Assembly: GCF_006345805.1 (NCBI RefSeq)
Contig: NW_021836151.1
Location: 62,001 to 126,000, forward strand
DNA length: 64,000 nucleotides
DNA from: Octopus sinensis
Taxonomy: Eukaryota
Direction: 5' to 3'
Part shown: positions 49,750-62,640 of the stretch, piece by piece
How the letters are laid out: each line of letters starts with the position of its first letter
Position numbering within the stretch: position 1 is the first letter of the stretch
Translations under genes and position numbers: made by a program
The notes under the pieces: generated by a model
What the model saw: the letters and a program-made list of their open reading frames with translations, nothing else
The model's database searches: none
Told to the model about the DNA's origin: nothing

Positions 49750-50460
49750 AATCACATTTTCCATTGAAAAATCATTATTTACTGAGATTAGTGAGAATTT
49801 TAGCACAACCTGATATTTTTTTGAAAGTTTCGTGCGTGATGTTGGATTGGTCGACTAATGTCAACATTTTTTTCGATTCAATTGCTTGACAGGTGAAAAA
49901 CAAATATAGTACCTTTCTGCAGAAGAGTTGGATATTTCTCGATGTCTACAACGTGTTTAGAAAAACCAACCAGAAATCTTCAATTTCACTTTTTTGAACA
50001 TAATTTATGAAAATTTAACAAAGAGCGTTTTCTATGAATGTATTTCTTAACGACAGCGGACACAACTGATTCAACGACGGTCTGCTCATAGAGCAGCGTG
50101 TCAATTTGTGTTTGGTCATGGAGGTTTCCAAGTTTGATTCTATAAGGACATCTTTTGAGGAAAAAAAGTAATTTCATTCCGCAAAAGTTAAGAGACTCGA
50201 CAAGTCCCATTTCCCGCAACTGAAAATAACATCAAAGACGTTACTTGGTGATAGTCTGCCTGATAAGTCTGTAAATTTGAATGGAAACGTTCTTTTATGT
50301 TGTTCAGCATTGAAATGCCATAGGAGGCAGTCTCAAAATACCCTTTCGAAAAGCAACTCAAAATTATCAAGTTGGGACTTTTTTTCAAAACTTGATGGAT
50401 CTAAAACTGTTCGATATTTAAAATTACCTGGAATTCGCTGTTAAGAAAAATCATTGTTCA
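49750..50460 (-). CDS. Uncharacterised multi-exon gene candidate
   Basis: Short open frames separated by GT-AG stretches of about 25 nt. No recognised motif. Confidence 0.25.
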
Positions 50461-51394
50461 TTATCCGCGTTTTTTGTTTTAATCAAATAGGAAGTTGTCG
50501 TGTTGTATAAAAATTACTTTATTTAGAAATTTCCTGATTTTTCAAAATAGGAATTATTTTCACATGCCCTGTCTTTTGAAAATACTGTGTCGATATTATT
50601 AATTTAATTATTTTCAAGATGAACCATGCCACTCAAATACAAGACTTAATGTGAACTGCATTAAACACGAAAAAACATAGTCGAATTTTTATAATAAAAA
50701 AATCAACTTTTTGCTTTTCAAAACACTGCATTTGTTCTTGATGTCTTTTCTAGATGCGATTGCCAAGATTTAATTCCAATGAATAAGTTGGAAATAAAGG
50801 AAAAGAGGACATTAAAACGGAAAGCTTGACAAGAACAAACAACAATTCAATTATAATAGAGAGAGATCCCTAGGCGAATCCAACTGCCAAAATGATGAAC
50901 AAAACAATACAAAATCGCATCGCAAAAGAGGGTTCAGAAAGCCAAAATTAAATACATAGAATCGTTTTCAAAAAGACATTTAAAAGAATAAAGTTTCTTA
51001 ATGATCTAGGCATTACAGTAGGCCAAGTTAGCCGTCCGTATGTGCATATGAACTTTAAGGACCATAACAACGTTTATGACTAATAGTGATTGTTAAACAT
51101 GTTTTATTAAATAATCAAATTCGACAACAATAGAAAACATTAGATACTCCAATGCAAAAGTAAATCTTTATTAAACAAGCAAAAATAAATTTTTATTTGT
51201 TTAGAAAACATCTTATTCGTGAAAGTAGAAAAATTGATTTTTCATGTCTATATTCACTTCTTAAATAAAAAAAGAGTTATAGACAGAGGAAATTGTGTTT
51301 TTGTGTCAATAGATTAATTTTAAATAACATTTTTTGAATTCCAAAATAAGAAATGTGTTAGTTAAGGAATTGACTGGTTAGTAATCGGAATCGA

Positions 51395-52693
51395 TCAGTA
51401 AGAGTTGGTAACACTCAACACGAGTTTTAGATACGAGGAATCTAACCACTCGTTATGGATACTCTCAGTGAAGGATGCGCCAGTTAGTTTATGATATTCT
51501 TGTTTAATATTTTCGAAATCCACCTAGAATACTTAACATTGATTCAACTTCTGCTCGAGAGGCTACCACAAAGTTGAATAAATCATTCCTCATCCCATAC
51601 CTCGGCTTTAGTGCTTTCTTAATCAGATATGCAAAGAAGCTGGTCGGAGAGAGCGTGGCCAAGGCTGAAAAGTATTACACACATATACTGCAAAGTTTCG
51701 CTATTTTCTGTCCGTCATGGTTGAATATTCTCTTAGTTGAAGGGAGGAAATCTTCGCCAGTTAACTAAAGTGACGGACAAGACATACACTGTGATATTCT
51801 TGGAGAAAAGCCGCCGACTGGTATCTATTCTGGTAAATAAACACGTCCAGGAAAAAAGGGGTGATATGAATATGATGAGACTCGAGCAATTCCTGGTATT
51901 TTCTGACTTGCTGTTGGGCAAGAGGTCGGTCCACGATGAGTTCGACGTTGTCGGTCAACACAAATCTCCTTTTCAGTTCGGGGTCCAACTGCTCCTTTCT
52001 CTACCTTATTAGTCAATGATTTTGACCTCAATAAGGGCCAAGAGGACGTCTTTGAGGATTCCACTGGTTTCTCCGTTAATTAGATTCCTCAAATCTTTTT
52101 TGTGGGCTAAGCTAATTAACAGTGCAAGTCCACTTTTGTTGTATAGCTCAACCAGATCCGCCCGCTCGTCATTGTTCTGAATTAGCAGGGCCGAGACTAG
52201 AAACGACTCGGACGTCCCAAAACCCTTTTTGCTGAAATCACTTATTCAACTTTGGTGGCTGCTTCGATTGCGTTTACAGTGAGCAGAGCTTTGGACGTAG
52301 TCAGTGCCACAGCCAGCTCTGCATAATCTTTCGGCATATTCGAGGTAAATTCAAACAGGAGGTCCTTTGAGTGAAACGAGGTAGACATACTGTGTTGTAA
52401 AGCCGTGCATATTCATCACAAACCTTCTCCTTCTGTTCTTTTGACGTTGAGGACAAAAACTCAGTGATCTTATTTTCATACAAGTCTATTTATCACTAAG
52501 AAAAGTCACCAAAGTCCTTTAAATTCGAATTTAACTCGATAGCTTCGTCTGTTACGTTGAAACAACTTTTCGGTTTGATAGTTGGAGTTGATTTCTCGAT
52601 TTGAACGCGTATCTCCATTCTGCCCCTTTTTACTGTTCCTCGGCTTATTTTGGCATATATAAGAGAATTCTGGAACGCCGAAATTCCATACAT
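51395..52693 (-). CDS. Annexin (four repeats)
   Basis: PTIKPKSCF...EAIEL, KGFGTSE...GETSG.LK.VLLAL, P..FFA..I.KAL...VASRAEVD..NIK.EY. Introns of 25-27 nt. Confidence 0.82.
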
Positions 52694-52884
52694 TTTTTAG
52701 AAAGTTAATTAATGTATTTTCTTAGAAAATTAGAAGTATCAATTATTATGAGACCGTTTTGTTTTTCTTTTTGAACCTTTCGACCAAATGAGGTCTGAAA
52801 TGTCTGATAAATCCCTGGAAATGATGACCTGCCTCACCTGGATAGGTCAGCCCCCACCATCACTCAAAGCACAGATGAAAAAAA

Positions 52885-53072
52885 GTTTCCATGTTTAATT
52901 GGAAGTTTCAACTGACATGGTGGACTAGATAACGCCACGCTAAGACCCGTCGCCTCACGGGAAAGAGAAAGTTGACAATACTTGACCCCCAGCTCGAAAG
53001 TTGAATCCTTCGGAGTTGAAACTTCAAAGGTATTGATCCAACATCCGTTGCAAACTCTTCAGCCAACGAGGA
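52885..53072 (-). mobile_element. Second, internally deleted copy of the tRNA-derived SINE
   Basis: Shares gctgggg.tcaa, cccgYgaggcgacg and ggtcttagcgt...ccaccatgtcagttNaaacttccaat with 44716-44952. Confidence 0.6.
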
Positions 53073-53921
53073 GAGTTAGAACACTTAGAAGATTAATGAC
53101 AAGTTGATCACGAAATTACTTATTAACATTCCTTTTTGTTAATTAAGCTAATTTTCTCCATTAATCAGGTTAATTTTTATTCGTTGCATTCTTGATGTTC
53201 AAACAAATCCAAACTCTTCAAACATTTCAGTTGAAAATCTTTTTACATGTTCTGCCAAAATAGATTCAAAATTTAACGAATTAAGCTCTTCAAACATTTC
53301 AGTTCAAAATATAAAATGAACAGCCAATCTTTTCATTTTTTATACAGAATCACATTTAATCCTTTAATTATCAAATAAAGTTAATAAATATCAGACTTTT
53401 TTAAAATACTCAACTGATTAGCCCTAAAATGTCTATATTTTATTTTTCCTAAACAAAAACAATACCGAATGATTTTTCTTAACACAGAATTCCAGGTATT
53501 TTTATAATACTGAATTATTAAAATCGAAAAGTCAACGAAGGTAAAAAGTTTCGTGATAAAGTAGAGTTATTGATGACGGAACTGGCAATATCAAATAACA
53601 GTAGATATTTCATTAAAACAGGAAATAAAGTGAATTTAATGAAAAGTGCGCATTGGGCGCCAATCAACTTGCAAACATGGCATACGCAAGAAGGCTCAGC
53701 ATAACAAAGACGTTGACAGAGTTGGAGAAGAAAAGGAAGTTTGGAGCAATCTTGACTCTTAGTTAAATCATTTAATTTTTCGGTTTCACAATATACGCCT
53801 ATGAATCTATCCACCACATTGTGGCCATCCAAGAGGAGCACCCCGTAAAAATATGTTAGATGGAAATGTCGCCTTAAACAACTACAAACAGACTATTTGT
53901 TTAATAAGAACAAAATATGAA

Positions 53922-56900
53922 TTAACTAAAAAAGTATGTCGAATCGATTACTTGGGACAAATCAAACGTGCCTAAATGAATCTCAGACAAACCAAAACCT
54001 TGTTTTGGAATATCGAGGTGTTCAATACTCTGAGTCTTTGCTTTAAACAGAGATGGCTCAATGCTGCTAATCGTCTGATTGAACTGCTCACTCATCTCCT
54101 CCAGTATTGGCACGGAATGGAGTGCCACAAATTGCTCCCGACAAATCTATAAAATAAACAAATGTACAACCCTGTTCATTTGGTCGACATACCCCGGATG
54201 AGTCCAATAACAGTCATGAACTGCCGCAAAGATGAGTCCAGCTCTACAAATGAGTACAAAAATACTTTTTGCAATGGAGAGCAGTCAAAAGCATATGCGT
54301 GGCGTCCAATGAATGAATAAAATTGGGGGGAAATGCATTCCGTTGCTTGACTGAGTTGACGGCCCTCAAATTAGTGACACACAACAAACACTAAGGACAT
54401 TTTAGCAGAGTTCCTTTTGAAGTAAGGCTGCACTACAGGCAAGCCTAAAGGGGTTCTCCACTCAATCGGGGAACTCCTGTGATTGGAAATTAGAATGGCA
54501 TTGTATTTAAGCCAGTTCTACCGTCAGACACATCCCCCACCTGAATATTCGTCGTCGAACAAAAAATGGTCCCCAATGCATTAAAAATAGACTTTGTGAT
54601 GTAATTGGCCGCAGCAGTAATCTCCGACTGACAGATCTTGTCCAACTCTATCAGTTTCCTCAAAACTTGCATTTCCGCTCCGTAGCGAGTGACCCCATAA
54701 ACCGTGGTCATTACGGTCTGTTTGACGACTTTCCGTGTTATGCAACCCTCCAATTTCCCAGCCAACAAGTTCCCTTGTGCTTCATCTTTTTTCCGTGATT
54801 TTTCAATCATCTCCACCACGTCGAGATAGGCGTCGTTCGGATGTGACCCGGAGACCAGGTTCACGGAATGTGCAGCCACCGAGTCTCTCCCAAGAGCGGC
54901 GTAGTGCTGTAGTCCATTGAACGACCCATCCTGCCAGTAATCCACATTTTCTAACTACCTGGTGAATTGGCACGTGACAAATATAAGTGGAGGGGTCACT
55001 CAGTTTAAGGGCCTCCGCGATTTCAATACACATGGCCAACACTTGGTATGACTTTTCCATTTTCAGCCACCACCGTCGTCCCTACCATCTAATCACCAAA
55101 TTTGCACGTTTATGGGATTTTCCGCGGAATCGAGTATTTCGACCATATTCTTATCCGTCCATTCGACTCGTTCGTCGTTCGACAGTCTCACGGTCTCAAA
55201 AAACGTGAAACCTTTTTCCAAGTCCGCTCAGGTTGGAAAGATGGATCTTCAACCACCGAAGTCCATTGGGTCCCAGGGGTTTCCCCACGTTGAATTGAAG
55301 CAACCCCCGGGAAGCGTCATCCCCCGTGTGGTTCAAATACGGCGCCACAGGGTAACAACGACCACGGAAATCCACAAACAAGGGAAACCAGAAGGGACTT
55401 TCCAACAACTGGAAGTTGCACGTGGGGATTACATTGAGAGCGATTGAAAGACGGCAGCGGATTCCCCTCACCGTGCTCTCCACGGTCTGGTCATTCGCGG
55501 AGGGTTTGAGAAAGGCATAGGAGACGAGGAGTTCCTCCAACTTGACCGGAGATCTAAAAATAAAGAAAAAAACCAGACTTGATCCTCTCTTTATAACTCT
55601 TCAAGTACAAGTCATGACATTTCCCAAAAAAGTGGGACATTACGTGAAACACTTTTTTGTTGATGGCCCAGGGGGTCATTTGGAGAAAAGAAATGGAATC
55701 GAGGACTCCGACATAGGAGGATAGGGCGTGCTTTCTAACAAAGGACTCTGTGATTTCATACAAAGTACTCCGAATTAGATTCGCTAGACATATTTGACAA
55801 AACTACCATTGACTGTCAAACTCGCACCAGAACAGACACTGTGCCACGGAACGGGCGGCGTCTTCATCGGAAAGTTATAAAAGTCCATAAGAATTACGTC
55901 GACGTTGGCCTCCGTGTACAAATTGGCCAAAACGGGGTGAACCTACCACATACAGTCACGGAATCCTACTTTTATCTCAACTTGCAATTTATGTGACACA
56001 TACGAGTGAATCGTGTAAAATGCAGGAATCAGCACATTTCTGACATTCAATTCAAATCTGACATACCCAGATTTTGACGTTGCAGCCGAAGACATTAAAT
56101 TCTTGTTTATACACACGTGTTTTAGAATTTTCTGAAGAAAGTAGTCTCCCACCATCACGAGAGTCTCCGAGGACCACGGCCGGAAGAAGTTGACCTGGAA
56201 ATGGAAGACAGGAACTAACAAATTGAGCGTGTTCATCCTGTCCCAACAACTTACACCAATGTGCACGGCAATTAAACGGAAGTTGCGGACTTTCCTGAGT
56301 TTCGATCACAAATTTGCGGTAAGTCGACAAAATCTGGTCGAGGAGTCCCATGTTGTATTTGCGGCGGTAGGAAAACCTCTGTTGATACCGATAACCGAAA
56401 TTGGACGCGATTCCGTGAAATCTGACCCCCGGTCGGGAGGTGGGGACTCCGTTCGACAGGTTGGACAGAAATTCCTCAATATCCTCCACCATAAACGCCG
56501 CGGCCTCTTCGGGAGTAAAAAACACGGCGTATGGAGCCACGGACAATTTCCCGCGCACTTTATAATGTCAAAAAACGGAAACCTGCAATATTCTCAAATC
56601 GGACTTTCCTGAACTCAGCCGTGAGGATTCTTCTCCACTCCTTTTTGAGATTTTCGTACATCATTCTCTAAAAATAACCACGGAATACTCACATAAGGCT
56701 GTTGTCTGGCCGTGGACTGTTTATTTATGAGGTGAAGGTGACGGAAAGACCGTCGTTCGGCCTCCGCCTGTTCTAGAATGTTATTTTCTATTTGTTGGCG
56801 GGAAAGACACCCCGTCGAGGCATTTTCGTAGGTCTTTTTGAGTTGGACAAAATACTTGGATGTCGTTGAGTGACTTGAGCAGCTCGTTTTCGTACCCCGA

Positions 56901-57698
56901 CTCCGTTATTCCGTGAGAACACACCCCACACATACGGAGGACGGACTTGGCACCCTCTGCCAATTCGATGTGGTCAATATAAATGCAGGAAAATATTTGG
57001 AGACGTCAAACCCCTACAAAATAGACCCTTCAAGAAACCTGTTGCTCCATCAAATTGACATACTCACGGACTTTGGACTCTCCGGGGGATCCGACCTTGG
57101 AGAGGCATCCCAGGACGGCTATGTGGGTGAAGACGTTCGAGGGGATCCCCGAGTGACTCATCTCCTCCAAGACCTGTGACAATTTGACGTAATTGGCCTG
57201 AAAATGACTTGTGAGCAAACTTGGGCGGCCAAGGTAAGGAGAATGATGTTGAAAATGTCGGGGTCAATATTAGGCGGGTGTGTGAACGGGAGGTGGCAAT
57301 TTTCATCCGTAGAAATGACCAAGCATGTTCGACCTGGAAAATTAAATTAATATTATTTAAAAATAATTGTTTATAAATGATATATTTTTAAATTAATAAA
57401 TAAATTGTTACTCTTCCGGCTTGTGTGCACATGTCGATGTAGTTAAACAGTGATAGGTCCACTGTGGAGAGTATATTGGGACTCGGTAGTCCTCCTTGGA
57501 ATTGGACATTTCTATAAACTCCTCCGTACTCTGCAAATCACAAAAAATAAGGTTGACAGGCAAAAATGGATTATCGGGTAGATTGTGGGAGATGGGCGAG
57601 CAGTATCTCTTAGAAAGTACATTCAAGGCGGAGGTCGTGTTGATGTGTGTCCTCATGCCAAATGATAATCTGAGATTCGGCCTCAGTAGACGAATCAT
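53922..57698 (-). CDS. POLRMT: Mitochondrial RNA polymerase (T7-like, nuclear-encoded)
   Basis: Targeting-peptide-like start and PPR-like repeats. Catalytic motifs [51 protein letters not shown], and C-terminal FDL.QV..STYFFS. Many short introns and some 1-nt indels. Confidence 0.93.
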
Positions 57699-58559
57699 TT
57701 TATTAGTCGACTAAATAAATCAACGTGCATGTCCAAACCACAACACAAGTTAATTTTTTGAATAAGTGAAAAATTCTATTTAATTAATTTTTTATAAAAA
57801 GACAAAGTTAAAATGTTTACTTTAATAATAATTTTCAGTTTACAAATTTAATTTTTTTAATTTCAGCGACTTTTGTCTCTTGAAGACAACACAGATCCAC
57901 TCTATAAAGATCAAAATCCTAGCACAGCCTGTTCCGTTTCTAACTCGCTAACAGTCCTTTAACATTAAATGAGGCGATAGTAAATGGCCCTGATTGAATA
58001 GAACGAGAAAATGTTTGAGACATAACTAAGAGAGGCACGTCGACTTTTTACTGATCAAGGAATTTGTCTAATTTTAGTTAAAAATTAAATAATGGCACTG
58101 TTAGTCTTTTTGACGTCAAGTAAAAAGTTTAATTGGCTTTGTAAGATTAATTTTTTAATTAGATTATTATTAAGTTGCTACAAAACAAGTAAATTTCTAT
58201 TTATAAGGCGTCTGCCTTATACAGTCTAACCTCAGGGTGAGGCACTAAAGTGCCCAAGAAAGAGGGGGTGCTCTTCCAAACAGGGGTCTGGTTGAAATTA
58301 TTGAATTATTGTTCATTTAATTTAAATTTTGGTTTACTTTAAGATCAAAGAACTTCTTCACATCTTCCAAAGTGTTTATATGCCGATAATACAGTAAGTT
58401 ATGTTTTTTTGCTCTACAGTTTTATAGATTTCTATTCTGTTTTTTAATTTGATTTTGATTAAAATAAATCATTATTTTTAAAACATTTTTTTGAAATAAT
58501 CAGTCAATTGCAAATTTTTCTTATTTCTTAAATCTTTCCAAGTTGAAATCTAAACTCAT

Positions 58560-58980
58560 AATATTTTTGGAGTGTCTCAAAAGATGTATTTTGCGCTACA
58601 TTTTTCAACTTATCCATCATTTCATACGTTTCTAATATCGTTGTTTTGTCCTCTGTCCCAATTTCAGTATAAAATTCGCGACTTTTGATTAGATCTTCGT
58701 TTTCTTCCGATAATACTTCAGTTATTATTTCTTAAAATTTCTTCCACGCAATTTTATCTTCAACTAATTTTTCTCTATTTTCTCAATTTCTTCCAACAAT
58801 TAACTATTGTTGTTTCTTTAACTTTCAGCCACGCTTTACTAACAAGTACCATAATCTGTCGCATACCTACATTTTTCAAAGATTTAGGATTAATTGTTGT
58901 ATCTTCTTTCAAATTAAACATAAAGTCCATTAGGAAGTTTGTGTAATATACACCCCTCGTCACTAAACCGGACAAGCTAT
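58560..58980 (-). mobile_element. Decayed pogo/Tigger-type transposase C-terminal remnant
   Basis: SKAWLKVKETTIVNCWKK motif. Confidence 0.5.
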
Positions 58981-59329
58981 TTTTGATGATTTATTAATAA
59001 ATATGAAAAATCAAAAACTTACGCTTAATATTTTTACTAATAATATTGTGATTAATTATTAATTATGCTATTATGAACTAATATTTAAAGCAGAATTTCA
59101 ATTACTTAGGACATAATACTTTAATACAGTCAGTTAATTAATAGAGAATTAATGTCGTGAACTTGAGGGTTAGTCCGACGCGAAGCCTGCGATAGAGAGC
59201 AGTTCCCCGAAGAATTGCAACCGAGATGCGGAACATGTAAAACCGGACAAAAATAAAACAAGTCATTAGTAGTTAATATGTCCATCATTTCCACTGAAAA
59301 TTTATAAAACCTATTTTTCATAGACATAC

Positions 59330-59560
59330 TAGTTTTTCAATAATTCTGGTGATATTATTCCATATTTCTTTTAATTTGTCCTTTAGTTCAGTTTTGTTTT
59401 TGACTACATTTTTTGACAATTCTCTCTTCATTTCTGCTTATAGATGTTCTATGGGGTTTAGATCCGTGATTGAGCCGGCCATAAAGTAAAATAATGTTTT
59501 TATCTTTAATATAATCTTGTACCATTTTAGATTTATGGCAAGGTGCATTATCCTGTATTC
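59330..59560 (-). mobile_element. Tc1 transposase remnant
   Basis: QDNAPCHKSK.V..Y....I.LL and DLNPIEHL..EMKREL in broken frames. Confidence 0.7.
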
Positions 59561-59589
59561 AAATCATTAGGTTTTTAGATAAAATTAAA

Positions 59590-61480
59590 GATTTATTCAG
59601 GGTTATAGCCCAGAGAAAATCAAAAACTTGTGTATTAATTATAATGTGCATCAAACGCGTTCCCGCGCACGATTGCGAGCGAGATCCTCTGCCTCAACCA
59701 AGAGGACTCACGACATCCATTTTCTTCCGAGCAATGAGGATACCGAAGTCTTTTATGAAGCATGAGGTGAGCGGACCGGAAGCACCTGATGTCTCAAAAG
59801 CCACAGGCACGAAGAAATGCCGAGTGGCGTTTGCCGTCCCCTCTGTCCAATCCGGCTGGTTCTAGTACATTGGAGAAGCCAGCAGCGTTGGTGCTCTTGA
59901 GATTACGTCGTTGATTGCTCTATGACGAGACGAGCGGCCTGCGCTCCGGCGGCAGGAGAGGGGGGGGTGAAGGCCTTTCACGTCCACCGTACCTCCGCAT
60001 CGACAGGGATGAGGGGCGCAGACATTAACCCCCAGACGAAGAGCAACCCCGATACGCAGTGTTTCGTTGTCTAATAGGGAACCCGTCGATGTAGCTGGGT
60101 AAGCGTCGAGCCAGGATCCACTATGCTCGTGTGCTGCAGCAAGCAAGCACGCTTGGCGGTGTTGGTCCAAGGGTGATTGGAGCATAGAGAACGAGTGTGC
60201 TGTCCAGATCTCGTCCCAACCCCTCTGTCTGAACATCTCAGAAGGGATATGAAGGTTGGAGTTGGTCCAGAATTCCAGGAGGTCGGCAGTCTGCAACTCC
60301 AGAGAGAGTTCGTTGAAGGGGAGTAGAACCTTTGACAAGTTGAGGCTTCTGGAAATTGAAGAGAAATGTGCATGTGGCACCAGATCTTTAGGCGAGCGGA
60401 GACGATCCCTCCAAACCTGACGGAAGTTTTGCTTGAATCACCGATTCGTCAAAGAAATGTTCAAAACTGCCTCCGTGCAGGATTTCAATGATTTTTCCAA
60501 GGAAAACAGAATATCTGTTAGAGGGCAGCCAAGGAATGTAGCCTCTGAATGTTGATAGTCTGAATGTCTGGGATGAGAACGGTTATGGGTTTTTTTAAGT
60601 CGAGGAAATTTGCCAGCGGGTAGTTTTCATTTACTTTAAGCCCGAGGTGTTTGAGGGCAGGGATTATGTGTGAAAGGTCGTTGGATATGTCCTCGATAGA
60701 TCCACAAACCGAGGCATCATCCAAGTACCATAGATTGAACGGAGATTCAACAGAGTGCACTGCATCATCGATTGCAAATGAAAAGAGTAGGGGTCCGAGT
60801 GGGTCTCCCTGCTGAACTCTGTATGGGAGCGGACGATTTGTTACCAAAGATAAGCGTGCTCTCTTCGCCGTAGGATAGGAAAATCAAATGGGCGATTTCC
60901 GGAGCCCTTTTGAGGCAATCCTCGAGGATAGTCTCTCCTCACACTGTTGAATGCGTTGCGGAGATCGAGTTTCACAGCTGCGTAGGAGGACCTGAGTCTT
61001 CCGAATTGCAGCCCGGACGTCACCCTCGGCTAGTTTGGCACGAACACGGTCATTCAGGGTGTCCTCAAAACACTGTGGGGTTTTCTTTTTGTTATTTGAG
61101 GAGTGCCTGCGATCAACATCAGGCAAGATTGAGTGCGAAAAAATTCTGTTGATGTTCTCTTTAATCGATTCTGCGAGAGGAGGTGGATTTTTCCCAGTGC
61201 GGATGGGGTTCCAAGCGCCAGTGGGGCAAAACTGATTAGACGAAACCATGTTTCCCAACTGTTGGACGTGAGCGCATCGTTGATGAAGGAAGTAAGACAT
61301 TTGGAAACTTGTATCCTAGCTGACTTTGGAATGCGAAGGGGATTTTCAAAGAACTTCGGAAGCTGGACAAGTTGATGAGGAATGAGTTGAAATCAAATTG
61401 ATGAGCACTAGCACTAGTTGGCCTTTAGAGGGTTCAGGGAGCCAGGGGGTGAGATGCAGTTCGGGAGAAGGCATGAGGGG
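59590..61480 (-). mobile_element. CRE-clade RLE retrotransposon, RT + RLE, with deletions and frameshifts
   Basis: KLDLRNAFNSVRRD, VQQGDPLGPLLF, WYLDD, SGSWL.A.P, LRIGVALRLG..VC.PH.CRCG, RH..INDVI, VRGN. Confidence 0.88.
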
Positions 61481-61994
61481 CACGCCCATTTTGTGATAGC
61501 AGATGCAGTTTTTTTACTCAACTTGACACATTAAAGGTCGATTGAATGAATGCTTTCATCGATTAGACATAAGATCTTGAAGGAAATTTTTTAACATACA
61601 AAGATGTTTCATCGCAATTGAAAATATTTTCATGACCATAAGTTTTCAATAAAATATCGAATTGAAAGAACAAATTTGGAAAATTACTTTTGGCTGCTAT
61701 ATTTTTTTTCACCAGAAATGGTTTTAAAAACAAGATGATATCTTTTCTTAAATCTGTCTAACCAACCGTTTGAGGCTTTAAAAGATGTTCAAGAATCCAA
61801 TTTTGTCAATATTATTTTTCGATGGCTTTGATTAATGTACCCGAAATAGAAAAGGAATCTTCCCTCAATCAACGAAAAGCATTAAAAGTTAATTCGTCAA
61901 GTTTTTCAAATTGATTTATTTCATTAGAAACTTGTTGAACTTCATCTATTTGAACTAATCTTGAAATGACTGATCCGGTATTAATGAAAGAAGA

Positions 61995-62132
61995 AATTTC
62001 TTGTTTCTTGAAGAATTATTTTCAATTTTTCTTTGATCTTGTTTCTCATAACAAAATAAATCAAAGTATATTCAAGACAAGAAAATGTCTTGTTTCTTGA
62101 AGGAGAATTATTTTGAATTTTTCTTTGATCTT
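61995..62132 (+). repeat. Imperfect repeat of about 55-95 bp: two tandem units here and one at 63463-63556
   Basis: Shared cttgtttcttgaa..gaattattttcaatttttctttgatcttg. Confidence 0.7.
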
Positions 62133-62289
62133 GATCCGGTATTAATGCGGAGTTTTTTTTGGGCGGGGTTCGACTGTATTTATGCTCTATTTTCTACATG
62201 TTTAACTGTTTCCAATCAACGCCGACTCGCTTGCTTATGTGCAGGCAAAGTAGCAGTGTTTTGTTAAAGTCTCTCCATCTCCGTCCATC

Positions 62290-62640
62290 GGAAATCTAGT
62301 GGAAAAAGATTGCTTAAAAATCGCAATCCCCCTCCGTATCGAGCTAAAAATCTGTCAGACGCACAAATGCCGCTGTGGAGAACTGTTGAAGAGTACAGTT
62401 TGCACTCTCTCACTTGCCGTCGGAGTGCTGGTTGTGCACATCGCCACAGTAGACTCAACGCAATAATCCTCGAGCCGGTTTGGGTGGATAGAAAAGACGA
62501 CAAACGCCCAGATAGCATGTCTACCTTCCCTTCGAGGAAGGGAAATTCCTTATTTGGGACTTCACCTGCTAAGACACATTCTCGCGCGGGAATCTCGCTC
62601 TGTCTACTGTCGATCCTGGGCACTCTTTGAGGCTGGCCGA
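62290..62640 (+). mobile_element. Older CRE RLE fragment of the same subfamily as 32110-32806
   Basis: Alignable by eye to the reverse complement of 32450-32790; reads CRRSAG..HRH..LN...KRPDSMSTFP. Confidence 0.75.

Noticed and set aside
57280-57560. Programmed frameshifting in POLRMT
   Set aside because: At least one shift is explained by a single missing base in a homopolymer run, the same pattern seen in TEs and other genes across the window. Read error is more parsimonious.
53922-57698. Phage T7-like RNA polymerase as horizontal transfer or prophage
   Set aside because: It has a targeting-peptide-like start, a PPR-like region, host-type tiny introns and the POLRMT C-terminus, so it is the ordinary nuclear gene.
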